Source: Candidatus Latescibacterota bacterium (lineage in GTDB: Bacteria; Latescibacterota; UBA2968). From it: a stretch of DNA of 64,000 bases. The DNA lies in assembly GCA_965198115.1 (NCBI GenBank), contig OZ240241.1, positions 7,648,001 through 7,712,000 on the forward strand. The letters are read 5' to 3'. Under the pieces are notes generated by a model. The model made no database searches and was not told the DNA's origin. It worked only from the letters and a program-made list of their open reading frames with translations. This document shows positions 42,922 through 53,477 of this stretch, one piece after another (position 1 is the first letter of the stretch; each line of letters begins with the position of its first letter). Made by a program: the position numbers and the translations under genes.

Positions 42922-43706
42922 TCATTGCCCTAGTATCTTTTCCAAGTTCCCCGCACAAATCGCCGCCAAATCCTTCTCGTCAATGGACAAGTGATTCAGC
43001 ATATACAGCATCGGGCCCATCGCATACCGCGGGAAGTAGGATCCGTAGATCAGACGTTCGGCTCCGATCTCTTCGACGAGCCGTCCATCCCCCTCAGGTT
43101 CTCGTAACGGCTCAATTCGAGGACAGCGTGCGGCGGCGCTCGCAGCATCGGGCGGAGCACCAGACTGTGCGTGTAATGTGCGCCGACGAGGACGAGTCGA
43201 AGATTCGGATAATGTCGGAGAGTTTCGACGATCTCGGTCGATGGAGTGTCCGCCAGAGACATCCAGAGTGGAATCCTTTCGTCAACCAGCCAGGACAGGG
43301 CGTCCCCGTAAACCCACTGGACGAACGACAACCGTGACACCTCGGTGCTATGGAATCGAACGCTGGAAACGAGACCGTCAGCGTGCAGACCCGCAATGTG
43401 GCTGAGCGAATCGGCATCGGGCCCGATCACCTGCTGGGGGACGAGCCCGTTGTTCCCTTCCGTCCACCGCGCCAGCGATTCGTTTCCCCGAATCGCACTG
43501 ACGAGCTCCCCTTCGCAGGCATACACGACCGCTCGGTCGACCCCGTGTCGGTTCATCTCCGCCAGAAGCTGCTCGGGCCCTTCGTACGGGTAGGCCCGGT
43601 CCTTCCGGTGGCCGACCCCGATATTCGCGTCGAAAACGGCACGCGGGATTTGAAGCTCAGACCTGACATAGGCCACAAGATCGCCTTCAAACAGGCGAAC
43701 GTCCAA
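42922..43706 (-). pseudogene. Amidohydrolase_2-like protein, frameshifted near 43085
   Basis: FDANIGVG, EMNRHGVDRA; tail GAERLIYGSYFP..GNLEKILG is in another frame. Confidence 0.75.
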
Positions 43707-43823
43707 TAAAAGCTGCGCCAGGCTTCCAAATAACTGAGGCGCTTCTCAAAGAGAAACGCCCCAGCAGATCATCCTATCCTTCGTGTCTTCGCGCAGGAGC
43801 CTGCACTGAGCGGAGTGTGTGAG

Positions 43824-44475
43824 CTATCCTCCTCCAAACACAGTCGCAAATTGGAGAAAGTCCGCAAAATCGACCCGACCGCTCTCGTCCAGATCGAACA
43901 GCGCCTCCGTAGATCCGAATGCAGGCGCGAACAGCAGAAAATCCGCGAAATCGACACCACCGTTCGCGTCGAAATCACCAATCAGCGGGACATCAATAGC
44001 GGCGAGCAGCGACGCGATCGTCTCGCTCGCGCGTTCGATCTGGGGCTGACTCCTGGGGCTCTGGAACTGAAGAATCCCCTCGGGGTCCACGACCCAGAGC
44101 CATCCACCGCACCCTTTGCAAGCACACCCAGCGCCTCAGACGCTCTCATCAACAGCGGAAAACTGACCTGCGTCACCTCCTGGTAGAGCCTCAGCTGCGT
44201 CGCACTCCCGTTCCACACGTCCAGACCCAGCACCTGAACTTTTTGGGGGTTGTTGGCGTTCCAGATCTGTGTCTCTACGGACGGACCCGTCCCGAAGCAG
44301 AGGTGTCAGTCGTAGCCCATCAGGTAGAGAACAAGAACCTTGCCCCGGAACTCCGAAGGCGTATAGATCTCTCCATCCAGAGCCCGGAGGGCAAACTCAG
44401 GCACCGGCTCTCCGACATCAGCCATTAGCGGGTTCGCCGACAGGAAAACGAGGAACCAACCGTTTAAGAAACGCC
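43824..44475 (-). pseudogene. Secreted UxxC selenoprotein redoxin (TlpA/AhpC-TSA fold) fused to a dockerin-like EF-hand pair; start removed by IS256, one frameshift near 44100
   Basis: VGEPVPEFALRALDG..SEFRGKVLVLYLMGYD-TGA-HLC..VQVLGLDVWNGS..FPLL..WVVDPEGIL; GDFDANGGVDFADF..FG..FDLDESGRVDFADF..FG. Confidence 0.85.
44273..44302 (-). promoter_or_regulatory. Bacterial SECIS element
   Basis: Lower stem CUCUGC/GUAGAG, bulge UUCG, upper stem GGACG/CGUCC, apical loop GGUC starting 18 nt after the UGA. Confidence 0.8.
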
Positions 44476-45862
44476 GGTCAAGTCCCATAGTCAGTTGAAA
44501 CTCATCGGGCCCCGTAGTTTGGTCAGGCTCTCTTTTGAGCATTCTGTTCGTTGTCGAGATTCAGATCTTTGTTCAGTGCTTGCCTGAGTAGGGGAAGATG
44601 TTTGTATCCGCTCACGCGTCGCAGGCGAGGTTCGATGTCGAGGAGTGCGGCAGCCACCCATCTGTGTCTCTGGGGAGAGTTGTTCCAGCGTCTGACCTTC
44701 CGAGTGAGCTCGCCGGTCCTGCTGTTGAGGGCTTCGATGCAGTTGGTGGTTCGGAAGCTTCGTTTCAGGAATGGGAGCATACCCAGCCGGTGGAGGGTCA
44801 GGGTTTCCTCCAGGCCTTCCTCGAGGCTCGTTACGGCAGACTGATTCATCAGCTTCAGTTCGGGTTTAAGTGATTCGAGTGCGGCCTTTGCCTCCTCGTA
44901 GGTGTCGCAGTCATAGGCTTTCTGGAGCTTCCGTCGAACTCTTGGACGTTCCCTCTCCGGGAGATAGCTGACGACATTCTCGCGCTTGTGCCACTGACAG
45001 CGATGAACGCGCACATACCCTTTGAGGGCTTTGGTGACAGCACTGCGGAGCCCCTTTGAGCCGTCAAGCACAACGAGAAGGCCCTGGTCGTAGCACAGGC
45101 CTCTCCGGATGAGGTCTTGGATCAGCTGGCGGCAGATCCGTTCGTTCTCCGTCGCCGATTCGACGAAGCCCAGGGGGATCTTCTGGCCGTCCATCGTGAC
45201 CCCCAGAGCGATCACGATCTCTTCGTCGGCAAAGCTCTTTCCGTCAATGAACAGGGTCACGAAGCCGTAGTCGTCGAGGGGACGCTCCTGGAACTGCTTC
45301 AGCTTCTTCGCGGTGGCTTTGATGAACCGCCGCGAGACGGAGGACGCTGAGATACCAAACGCTTCTGGAACCGATTCGGCACAGGCCTTGTAGTTGCGGC
45401 ACGAGATCCCCTTGAGAACACGAAGCAACAGCCCCTCGTCCGTCTTCTTGGGCGTCTGTAGAGCCCGGTATGCAGCCAGGGAAACCTCTGCGTCGGCCTC
45501 GACGTCGCGCACCCGGGGAACGTCTAACGGGAGCTTCTGGTCCATCAGATACACGGATCCCTTCTGGCTTCCCCACCGACGATGCGCCTGCTCCGAACCT
45601 TTGCGCGCATACCGAACGCCTGCGAGCTGCTCGACCTCCTGCTGGAGGAGGTCTGCCACTGCCTCCAGACCCAACGGGATCAACGCCTGGATCACCGACA
45701 AACGCGTCTCCAAATCGATGACATCGCCCTCAACCTTGACTTCACCATCGCCTACAAATAGCTTCTCCATCTGGGCTCCTTTCTTACGGGTATACGCTCC
45801 TACACGTCTACCCAACGTAAGTTTGGAGCCCTCTAAGTTTCAACTACGATAGGCACAACACC
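44476..45862 (-). mobile_element. IS256-family element (type A, full length)
   Basis: IRs GGTCAAGTCCCATAGTCAGTTGAAACT and AGTTTCAACTACGATAGGCACAACACC; no matching TSD. Confidence 0.9.
44523..45770 (-). CDS. IS256-family transposase
   Basis: VPRVRD, GISCRNY, LFIDG, VLDGSKGL, RCQWHK, TTNCIEALN. Confidence 0.93.
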   Translation of the reverse strand: MEKLFVGDGEVKVEGDVIDLETRLSVIQALIPLGLEAVADLLQQEVEQLAGVRYARKGSEQAHRRWGSQKGSVYLMDQKLPLDVPRVRDVEADAEVSLAAYRALQTPKKTDEGLLLRVLKGISCRNYKACAESVPEAFGISASSVSRRFIKATAKKLKQFQERPLDDYGFVTLFIDGKSFADEEIVIALGVTMDGQKIPLGFVESATENERICRQLIQDLIRRGLCYDQGLLVVLDGSKGLRSAVTKALKGYVRVHRCQWHKRENVVSYLPERERPRVRRKLQKAYDCDTYEEAKAALESLKPELKLMNQSAVTSLEEGLEETLTLHRLGMLPFLKRSFRTTNCIEALNSRTGELTRKVRRWNNSPQRHRWVAAALLDIEPRLRRVSGYKHLPLLRQALNKDLNLDNEQNAQKRA

Positions 45863-46428
45863 GCATTAGGCTTGGTTTGCGAGACTCCGACTATAGAAAC
45901 GAAAATGAGATCCTTGTGCAGAGAAGGCAGATACTCTATGAGTGCTTCGATCTCGCTAGAAATTACTTGATTGTGAGCGAGAGCTACATTTTGGGCGTTA
46001 CTGACTTATGTCCCCGAGCAACAAGAACGCAGGGAATGGGCGCAGACATGTTCAATCTCATGAATCTAAAGTCAATTCCTGGCACAGACCTTCGGCCGGT
46101 TATAGATCAGCTGTCCTAGCAGCGTCGCGTCGGCGGTGCCGGCCACTTGGTTGCGGAGCAGCTGTCACAGGCATGCTGCTCCTCCTCCCCGGAGTCTGCC
46201 CCTCACACTCCAGACGAGCACAAAGGGAAAGACGCCCCCTCATCGGTTTGACAGCCTTCCCACAGGCCGTCTCGTATACAGGGCGAGACCAAACCTGGAC
46301 GTCCGAATAGGAAGGGCTAGCGTGGCATCGAAGGTCCGGCGTATACTCGTCGCTCTGTGGTTCTGGAAGAAATCCATCCGCTCAACTTTAGCGTAGCGCG
46401 CGATGACCAGTACAATCGAGGAGGGCCT

Positions 46429-46911
46429 GTGACGATGCGCGTATGCCTCGTAGTGTCCCTCCTCGCTATCTCGATTGGTTGTGCTGATGACACGGCTCCG
46501 GCCGAGCCGGTGGGGGCACAAAGCGAGGTGTCAAACCTTGGGGGTGCCCGCATCCGCCTAGGTATGACCCGCGATGAGGTGCTCGAAGCCCTAGGGGAGT
46601 TTGAGTTTACTCTAGACGAGTCGGGCACGGTACGGGGATACAGCCCCCTAACACCCGACACCGATGACGTGGGATCCATATATTTCAGTAACGACGGGCT
46701 TGTCAATCGGATCAACAGGAATTGGCGGCGATCCGAGACCCAGGAAAGCATAGTGCTAGCCGAGGCCCTGCTAGGTGCCTTGACGCCCATGCTGCACGCG
46801 GGAGGTGCCTGCCATAGCTGCAGAATTCACATTACTGAAGAAGCCGGCCCCCCGTTGCGGCTAGCGAATGGCGCCGGTGCCGGTACTCGTACTCGGGTAG
46901 CAAGGGGATAG
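46429..46911 (+). CDS. Putative lipoprotein
   Basis: GAGGAG RBS; MRVCLVVSLLAISIG-C lipobox; IRLGMTRDEVLEALG. Confidence 0.55.
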   Translation: MTMRVCLVVSLLAISIGCADDTAPAEPVGAQSEVSNLGGARIRLGMTRDEVLEALGEFEFTLDESGTVRGYSPLTPDTDDVGSIYFSNDGLVNRINRNWRRSETQESIVLAEALLGALTPMLHAGGACHSCRIHITEEAGPPLRLANGAGAGTRTRVARG

Positions 46912-47043
46912 GAAGGCCTTTGTGGGAAGCGAGCACGGCCCGGAGGGCATCAAGGAGCTGACCGCGTGGCTGGAAACGGACGACGCCAAGGGCCGCGCGT
47001 CCCGGTGCAAGGCCCGTATTTACCGTCCGATATGGTATCGAAC

Positions 47044-47653
47044 GGGTGTGTCCAGAGATTTGTGTAACTGGTGACACGATTACTTTAACGGGACACGATC
47101 TTCGAACATGATGGCGAACCGGTTGATGGCCCCATTCCAATCGTTCAGTGGCCGGGTCCATCGTTTGGAGATGTTTCGGATCGCCAGATACAGGAGTTTG
47201 ATGGCGGCCTGATCATTCGGGAACGCGCCTCTGTTCTTCGTGACTTTCCGGAGCGATGCGTTCATTGACTCGATGGCGTTCGTCGTGTAGATCACCTTCC
47301 GGATCTCTGGTGGGTAGGCGAAGAACGGGGTGATGTGCTCCCAGTGTTCACGCCAGGACCGACCGATCATCGAGTAGGTGTTGTCCCACTTCACAGAGAA
47401 CTTCTCCAGTTGGTTCTCGGCCTTACGAAGTGTGGCGGACTGGTAGATCGCTTTGAGGTCTCGGGCGACTTCTTTGCGGTTCTTCCAGGAGACGTAGTTC
47501 AAGCTGTTCCGCACCATATGGACGATGCACAGTTGAACATCTGTCCTCGGGAAGACGGCTTCAATCGCTTCAGGGAAGCCGTTGAGCCCATCGACACAGG
47601 CCAGGAAGATATCGTTGACGCCACGGTTCTGGAGCTCGGTCAGGACCGACATC
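47044..47653 (-). mobile_element. IS256-family remnant (3' half of a distinct transposase plus IR)
   Basis: ACVDGLNGF, VQLCIVH, IYTTNAIESMN; end GGGTGTGTCCAGAGATTTGTGTAA. Confidence 0.9.
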
Positions 47654-48932
47654 CCGGTGTTCCCTCCTACGATTTCAGGTTCGACGATAGTCTCAAGTGT
47701 AAAGCTGGTTAGTATGGATTCCCAAGAACATCCACTTCCGAAGTAGGTTTCGGGCGGTCAAGTCCCATAGTCAGTTGAAACTCATCGGGCTCCGTGGTAT
47801 TCATGCTCTCTGCCGAGCATCTTGATTGTCGCCGAGATTCAGGTTGTTTTTCAGTGCTTGCCTGAGCAGCGGGAGGTGTTTGTATCCGCTCACGCGTCGC
47901 AGGCGTGGTTCGATGTCGAGGAGTGCGGCCGCGACCCATCTGTGTCGCTGAGGAGAGTTGTTCCAGCGGTTGACCTTCCGTATCAGGTTGCCGGTCATGC
48001 TGTTGAGCGCCTCGATGCAATTGGTGGTTCGGAAGCTTCGCTTCAAGAACGGGAGCATCCCCAGCCGGTGGAGGGTCAGGGTTTCCTCCAGTCCTTCCTC
48101 GAGGCTTGCCACGGCAGACTGATTCATCAGCTTGAGTTCGGGTTTGAGTGATTCGAGTGCGGCCTTTGCCTCCTCGTAGGTGTCGCAGTCATAGGCTTTC
48201 TGAAGTTTCCGTCGAACTCTTGGACGTTCTGCCTCCGGGAGGTAGCTGACGACGTTCTCGCGCTTGTGCCACTGACAGCGATGCACGCACACATCCCCTT
48301 TGAGGGCTTTGGTGACGGCACTGCGGAGTCCCTTTGAGCCGTCCAGCACAACGAGAAGGCCCTGGTTGTAGCACAGGCCTCTCCGGATGAGATCCTGGAT
48401 CAGCTGACGGCAGATCCGTTCGTTCTCCGTCGCCGATTCGACGAAGCCCAGGGGGATCTTCTGGCCGTCCGTCGTGACGCCCAGAGCGATCACGATCTCT
48501 TCGTCGGCAAAGCTCTTTCCGTCGATGAACAGGGCGACCAAGTCGTAGTCGTCGAGCGGTCGTTCCTGGAACTGCTTCAGCTTCTTTGCGGTGGCTTTGA
48601 TGAACCGTCGCGCACACGGGGAACGGCCACCGGCAGCTTCTGGTCCATCAGATACACGGACCCTTTCTGGCTTCCCCATCGACGATGCGACTGCTCTGAA
48701 CCCTTACGCGCATACCGAACGCCTGCGAGCTGCTCCACCTCTGCTGGAGCACGTCGGCAACGGCCTCCAGACCCAGCGGAATCAGCGCCCGGATCACCGA
48801 TAAACGCGTCTCCAAATCCATAACGTCTGACCCAACCTTGACTTCGCCATCCCCTGCAAATAGCTTCTCCATCGTGGGCTCCTTTCTTACGGGTACACGC
48901 TCTCACACGTCTACCCACAACGTAAGTTTGGA

Positions 48933-50306
48933 GAGCTCAGGTCAATAGGTGTGTAAAAGAAATCAGGCGGCCATCTTCCCGGTTTCGACCTGCGGTCCGG
49001 TTGAGTGTTTCTGATCGTAGACTTGTTGTAGCAAGTGTGGCGCGGTGAGTTTCCTGAATCGGCTCTCTGCGACCTTGAGCGTACGCCAGATGAGAGCCGT
49101 GGCGTTCCTGACTTTCTTGAATCGCCTGGCGGCGTTTGTGCGAAGCCGAACGGAAGCAAAGGGGCTCTCGACGACGTTCGTGGTTCTCAGGTGTTTCCAG
49201 TGTTCCTTCGGGAAGTCGTAGAACGTGACCATCCGATCCCAGTCTCTTTCGAGCGTCTCCACGGCGGCAGGGAACTGTGAGCGATACCGTGCGGCAAAGC
49301 GTTTCCGGAGCTTCTCGGCCTCCTTTTTCGTGCCGGCATAGGGGATCTGGACGAGCAGTGCGCGGGCTTCAGCCTGTGCACGCTTGGCGACCTTGTCGAG
49401 CACGTTGAGGATCTTGTGGTTCCAGCACCGTTGTTGCCGGCTCTCTGGCCAGACCTGATCAACGGCCGCCCAGATGCCCATATTCCCGTCCGCGGCGATC
49501 AGGACAGGATGTTCGAGCCCGCGATCCCGGAGATCCCGGAGCACCGTGAGCCAGGATTCTGTAGACTCTCGATAACCGGGTTCTATCGCCAGGATCTCCT
49601 TGCTGCCGTCGCTCATCGCGCCGATCACGACCAGCAGACACGCCTTCTCGCGCTCGAGCCCGGCTTTGACGTAGATGCCATCAGCCCAGGCGTAGACCAG
49701 TTCGCGATTATCCAGACGCCTTTCTTTCCAGTCCTGGAAGTCGACCTCCCACTTCCCTCGAAGACGAGCGATCGAGGTCGGCGAAAGCGGCGCGCCATCA
49801 CCGAGCAGCGCACGCAAAGACAACTCGAAGTCGCCCTGGGAGAGACCGTGGAGATAAAGGTCGGGAAGCAGATCTCCAATGGCCCTGGTTCTCCGGGCGA
49901 ACAGGGGGAGGATGCGGCTTTCAAACCGCTCTTCCAGACCACGAACCCGGGGACGCCGGACCTTGATCGTTCCGCAGCTCGTCGAGAGACGCCGGGGCTT
50001 GCCGTAGCCGTTCCTGTAGCCCCTGGAGCTATCGACCTCGGCTCGGCGCTCATACCACGACCGGCCCAAGAACGCGGTCGCCTCCTCCTCCAGAATGGAC
50101 TGGAACCGGCCCTGGATCTCTTCACGGATCCAATCGTCAACCGTCTCCCACGTCGGCATGGACTTCAATGGGGCTCTATGCGTATGTTCCTTCACGGCGA
50201 TCCTCCTTCCCAACCGGGCCTCTCACCCGGTTTTGTGTGAATCAACTATCTCACGGGAAGGGTAGGGTCGCCCTTTCTCTTTTTCCACACCTTTTGATTA
50301 TAGCTC
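48933..50306 (-). mobile_element. Nested IS256-family element (type B)
   Basis: IRs GAGCTCAGGTCAATAGGTGTG and CACACCTTTTGATTATAGCTC; TSD AGTTTGGA at 48925-48932 and 50307-50314. Confidence 0.93.
48963..50213 (-). CDS. IS256-family transposase (type B)
   Basis: YRNGYGKPR, LYLHGLSQGDF, WADGIY, ADGNMG, QRCWNHK, LRTTNVVES. Confidence 0.95.
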   Translation of the reverse strand: MGRRIAVKEHTHRAPLKSMPTWETVDDWIREEIQGRFQSILEEEATAFLGRSWYERRAEVDSSRGYRNGYGKPRRLSTSCGTIKVRRPRVRGLEERFESRILPLFARRTRAIGDLLPDLYLHGLSQGDFELSLRALLGDGAPLSPTSIARLRGKWEVDFQDWKERRLDNRELVYAWADGIYVKAGLEREKACLLVVIGAMSDGSKEILAIEPGYRESTESWLTVLRDLRDRGLEHPVLIAADGNMGIWAAVDQVWPESRQQRCWNHKILNVLDKVAKRAQAEARALLVQIPYAGTKKEAEKLRKRFAARYRSQFPAAVETLERDWDRMVTFYDFPKEHWKHLRTTNVVESPFASVRLRTNAARRFKKVRNATALIWRTLKVAESRFRKLTAPHLLQQVYDQKHSTGPQVETGKMAA

Positions 50307-50398
50307 AGTTTGGAGCCCTTTAAGTTTCAACTAGGATAGGGACCTCACCCAAACACTTGTACAAGGGGACTACCTTTTTTATGCATAATTCAGGCTAG

Positions 50399-51952
50399 GA
50401 GCCTGTCGGGTTACACCCGGAAGCTCGTTGAGATTAAGTCCAGCTGAGTCTGTCAGCGACCGGTTACCTTCGTTTTTTCCTTGAGCCGAGTTCCTCTTCG
50501 GGATCAGGTAGCCAATGAGAGTCGATAGAGTTTCAGAAGGTTGTGTGTGAGACAGATCAGGTTCCATTCTCTGATGACTTTGTGGATTCGGCGGAATGAG
50601 AATCGGGTGAAGTTCCGAACGGATTTGATCTGTCCAAACACGGGTTCGATGATCTGTTTTCTTTTCCAGTAGGTGCAGCGACCTTTCTGTGTGAGAAGCT
50701 TTCTCGCCATTTTGTCTTTCGTCGTTGCGCCCTTGGGGATCCGTCCCCTGGGGCAGGTCGCGATGGGCGTTCCATGTTTCTGTTTTGTCGTCGCCACATA
50801 GAGGTCGACGCCATCTGATTGAACCTGATCGACCTGACTTTGGTTGAAGTATCCGGTGTCGGCAGTGAGGTGCTTGGGTGTCGTGCCGCCCATATTCGCT
50901 CTGATCTGGTTGACCATAGGTGTCATCTGGTTCTTGTCATCAGCTTCTTGGGTGACGTCGGCAGCAACGACAATCTGGGCCTTGTCATCCACAGCAGCTT
51001 GGCAGTTGTAGGCTTGAAGGAATTGGCCCCCTGAGACCATGATCCGTGAGTCGGGATCGGTGAAGTTCAGTTGTTCCTTTCAGTCGGGCTCTTTCGATGG
51101 AGGCTTGGGCTTACGTCCACGACCGCCGCGGCGCTCCCGGGCCTTTACCTTCTCTTCATACGCTGCCTGCTTCTCAGGAAACTCAGCCTCCGCTTCGGCT
51201 TCGATCTCGGCTATTGCGTCGCGGATTACTTTGAGTCGAGTCTCCCGGTGCTGCAACTCCTCGGGCAACTCGTCGCCGCGGTTGTCCTTTCCGTAGAGTT
51301 CGTCTTCGGCCGCGTCAGTGGCTTCGGCCTCGGTCAAGAGTCTGCGCACTTCGGCCTCGATCTCGGCTTCTTTCTTCTTCATCCGGCCGTAGCTCATCGC
51401 TTTGTGTTTTGAGGCATTTGCTTTGACTTTCGTGCCATCCAACGCCACGTGTCCCAGCTTCACCAGACCTGCCTTCACGCAGGGACACAGCACTTGCCTG
51501 AACAGACCTGAGAGGGCATCCAGATGCCGTTGACGAAAGGTCGATATCGTGTCGTGATCAGGATGCTGATCCAGGCTGAGCACACGGAAAGCAACGGAGT
51601 CATAGGTCGCACGCTCAATCTTGCGGGAACTCCTGATGCCTTCGCAGTAACCATACAGCAGTAGGCTCACCATCATCCGGGGATCATACGGTGGCTGGCC
51701 ACCTTGAGACCCATCGTAGGTCTCGTAGATCGCGGACAAATCAAGTTGTCCGACGATATCCAGAATGAAGTAGGTCGGATGACCCTTGGGAAGCCAACTC
51801 CGGAGATCCGGAGGCAGCAACATCAACTGAGCCGGATTGTAGACACGAAACCGAGTAGAAGTGCTCAACGGAAACCTCCAATTCAGAGTCGGAACCTTGG
51901 TCGCACTTCTACAATACGAAATCTTCCTCCGGCTGGGTACTCCGACAGGCTC
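50399..51952 (-). mobile_element. IS1182-family element
   Basis: IRs GAGCCTGTCGG and CCGACAGGCTC; CTAG TSD at 50395-50398 and 51953-51956. Confidence 0.9.
50504..51868 (-). pseudogene. IS1182 transposase, frameshifted at about 51080
   Basis: PYDPRMM..YGY..SSRKIE, PDHDTI, ALDGTKVKANAS; NFTDPDSRIM..YNCQ, ADTGY, IEPVFGQIK. Confidence 0.9.
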
Positions 51953-51962
51953 CTAGGAACTA

Positions 51963-52610
51963 ATGAAGAAGCTTTCGCTCAAATACGTTGGTGCTAAGAC
52001 GGTCCGCGCTCTATTGGAGCGCTACGCTTGTCCGATTCCGTTTCATATTGTTCGCATGCGGTTCCTCGGCAATATTGCGACGCCCAAGTTCGACGCATCG
52101 CCTATCGAAACCATTAAGAGCTTTTGGGGCGGTGAGCTGCCCGAGTTCGATAATAGGGCAGCCGTCAATGAATTGTTCGAGGCCCTGATGAGCCTGTGGA
52201 ACGAATTGGCAAGACACCAATCGGTCACCAAACCAGTCCAATTGGTGAGGATGGCCATCAAGCCGGACCCGGGCAATCTTATCCGCTTGTGCCAAACGCG
52301 CACTGAAGAATTGGAAGGCTTCATCGACGGCCTGTTCGGCGACGAAGAAGTCATCAACCTACCCAAACGGGCCAACGAAGCTCTGAGTCATCTCGCCGAT
52401 ATCAACGCAATGCTGCACGGCACTCTCGACCTCATGGCAAGAGAACTGGCACCATCGGCGTCGCAAGAGGACATGATGAGTACCTTCAAGAATGTGGTGG
52501 AACTCTCACGCATCGTGGAGAAAGAACTTCACGCGGTGGTACTTTCCGGCAAGCGAGCACGCCAACAGGCCATCTCGACCATCGCAGTGGACAAGCCGAC
52601 AATCCATTGA
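51963..52610 (+). CDS. Hypothetical protein (UPF0149/YecA-like)
   Basis: Intact 215-aa ORF with RBS; CPIPFH..FLGNI..WGGELPEF..LWNEL. Confidence 0.65.
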   Translation: MKKLSLKYVGAKTVRALLERYACPIPFHIVRMRFLGNIATPKFDASPIETIKSFWGGELPEFDNRAAVNELFEALMSLWNELARHQSVTKPVQLVRMAIKPDPGNLIRLCQTRTEELEGFIDGLFGDEEVINLPKRANEALSHLADINAMLHGTLDLMARELAPSASQEDMMSTFKNVVELSRIVEKELHAVVLSGKRARQQAISTIAVDKPTIH

Positions 52611-52840
52611 TCTGATCCGTACCGTTCTGCCTTCGCTATGGCTGCCAATTACAGTTCTCGTTCTCTCATAGAGGCTTCTTGATTTGGAAAGAGAGGGGTC
52701 ACCTCACGAAACGGGGAAAATCGTACGCCAAGGAGAATCGCCGCCTCTGGAGGTGTGGGGTTGAAGTATACCTCAACTGGACATAAGCAAGATAATGCGC
52801 GCGGGGAAAGGGCCGTTGTTAGCCACGAGCGGACATCCTG

Positions 52841-53170
52841 ATGGCTTCCATCCTATCGGAGGAATTCCTGGCCGAAGTGCGGGGGATGCCCCAGCGCAAC
52901 CTAGCCGTCGAACTGTTGCAGAAGCTTCTGAAGGGCGAGATTGCCGTCCGCCGCCGGAAGAATGTCGTTCAGGCAAGGTCCTTCGCCGAGATGCTGGAGC
53001 AGACCCTCCGCCGCATCAGAACCGTGCCGTCGAGGCTGCGCAGGTGATCGAGGAGTTGATCCAACTGGCCCGGGAACTGCGGGAAGCTACCGCTCGCGGT
53101 GAGAAGCTCGGGCTATCGGAAAACGAGTTGGGCCTTCTACGACGCCCTGGAGACCAACGACAGCGCTGAC
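52841..53170 (+). pseudogene. hsdR: Type I restriction subunit R, C-terminal (DUF3387) remnant
   Basis: [70 protein letters not shown]. Confidence 0.85.
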
Positions 53171-53181
53171 TGCGGTAACCA

Positions 53182-53469
53182 ATGATTCTGCCAAAAGTCT
53201 GTCTCGGGGTGGTGGACCTCATCCTCGTCCTGGTGGTTCTTGACGCCACCCGCGATCCAACCCGTCAGATTTCCTCCCAGCTCTACACAGCCGCCGTTCG
53301 CTACGGCTACCAACCCCTCTCGTCTCGCCTTCTCAGAGGCAACGTGCAGTGTCGTTATGTTCCCTCCTGCTCCCACTACTCGATCGAAGCTGTGAGGCCG
53401 GGGCTGTCGTACCGCCTTGATAGCGCATACTTCCGGTTGGCTTGGCCTGAACCCCTCCCCAAGCCATAG
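53182..53469 (+). pseudogene. YidD-like (hemolytic domain) protein, probably truncated
   Basis: YQPLSS..CRYVPSCSHYSIEAV; third Cys region missing. Confidence 0.6.
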
Positions 53470-53477
53470 CCAAGGTA

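Larger units (their letters stand above)
47756..50349 (-). mobile_element. IS256 type A variant (transposase deleted/frameshifted) hosting a nested IS256
   Basis: Same IR as at 44476; transposase pieces 47801-48872; other IR ends GGGACCTCACC at 50349. Confidence 0.88.

Noticed and set aside
40813-43337. Long plus-strand ORFs (514 aa and 343 aa)
   Set aside because: Antisense shadows of GC-rich real genes, with no motifs
45863-46119. Low-GC ORF fragment as a possible defence-gene tail
   Set aside because: Truncated by IS256 and too short to assign
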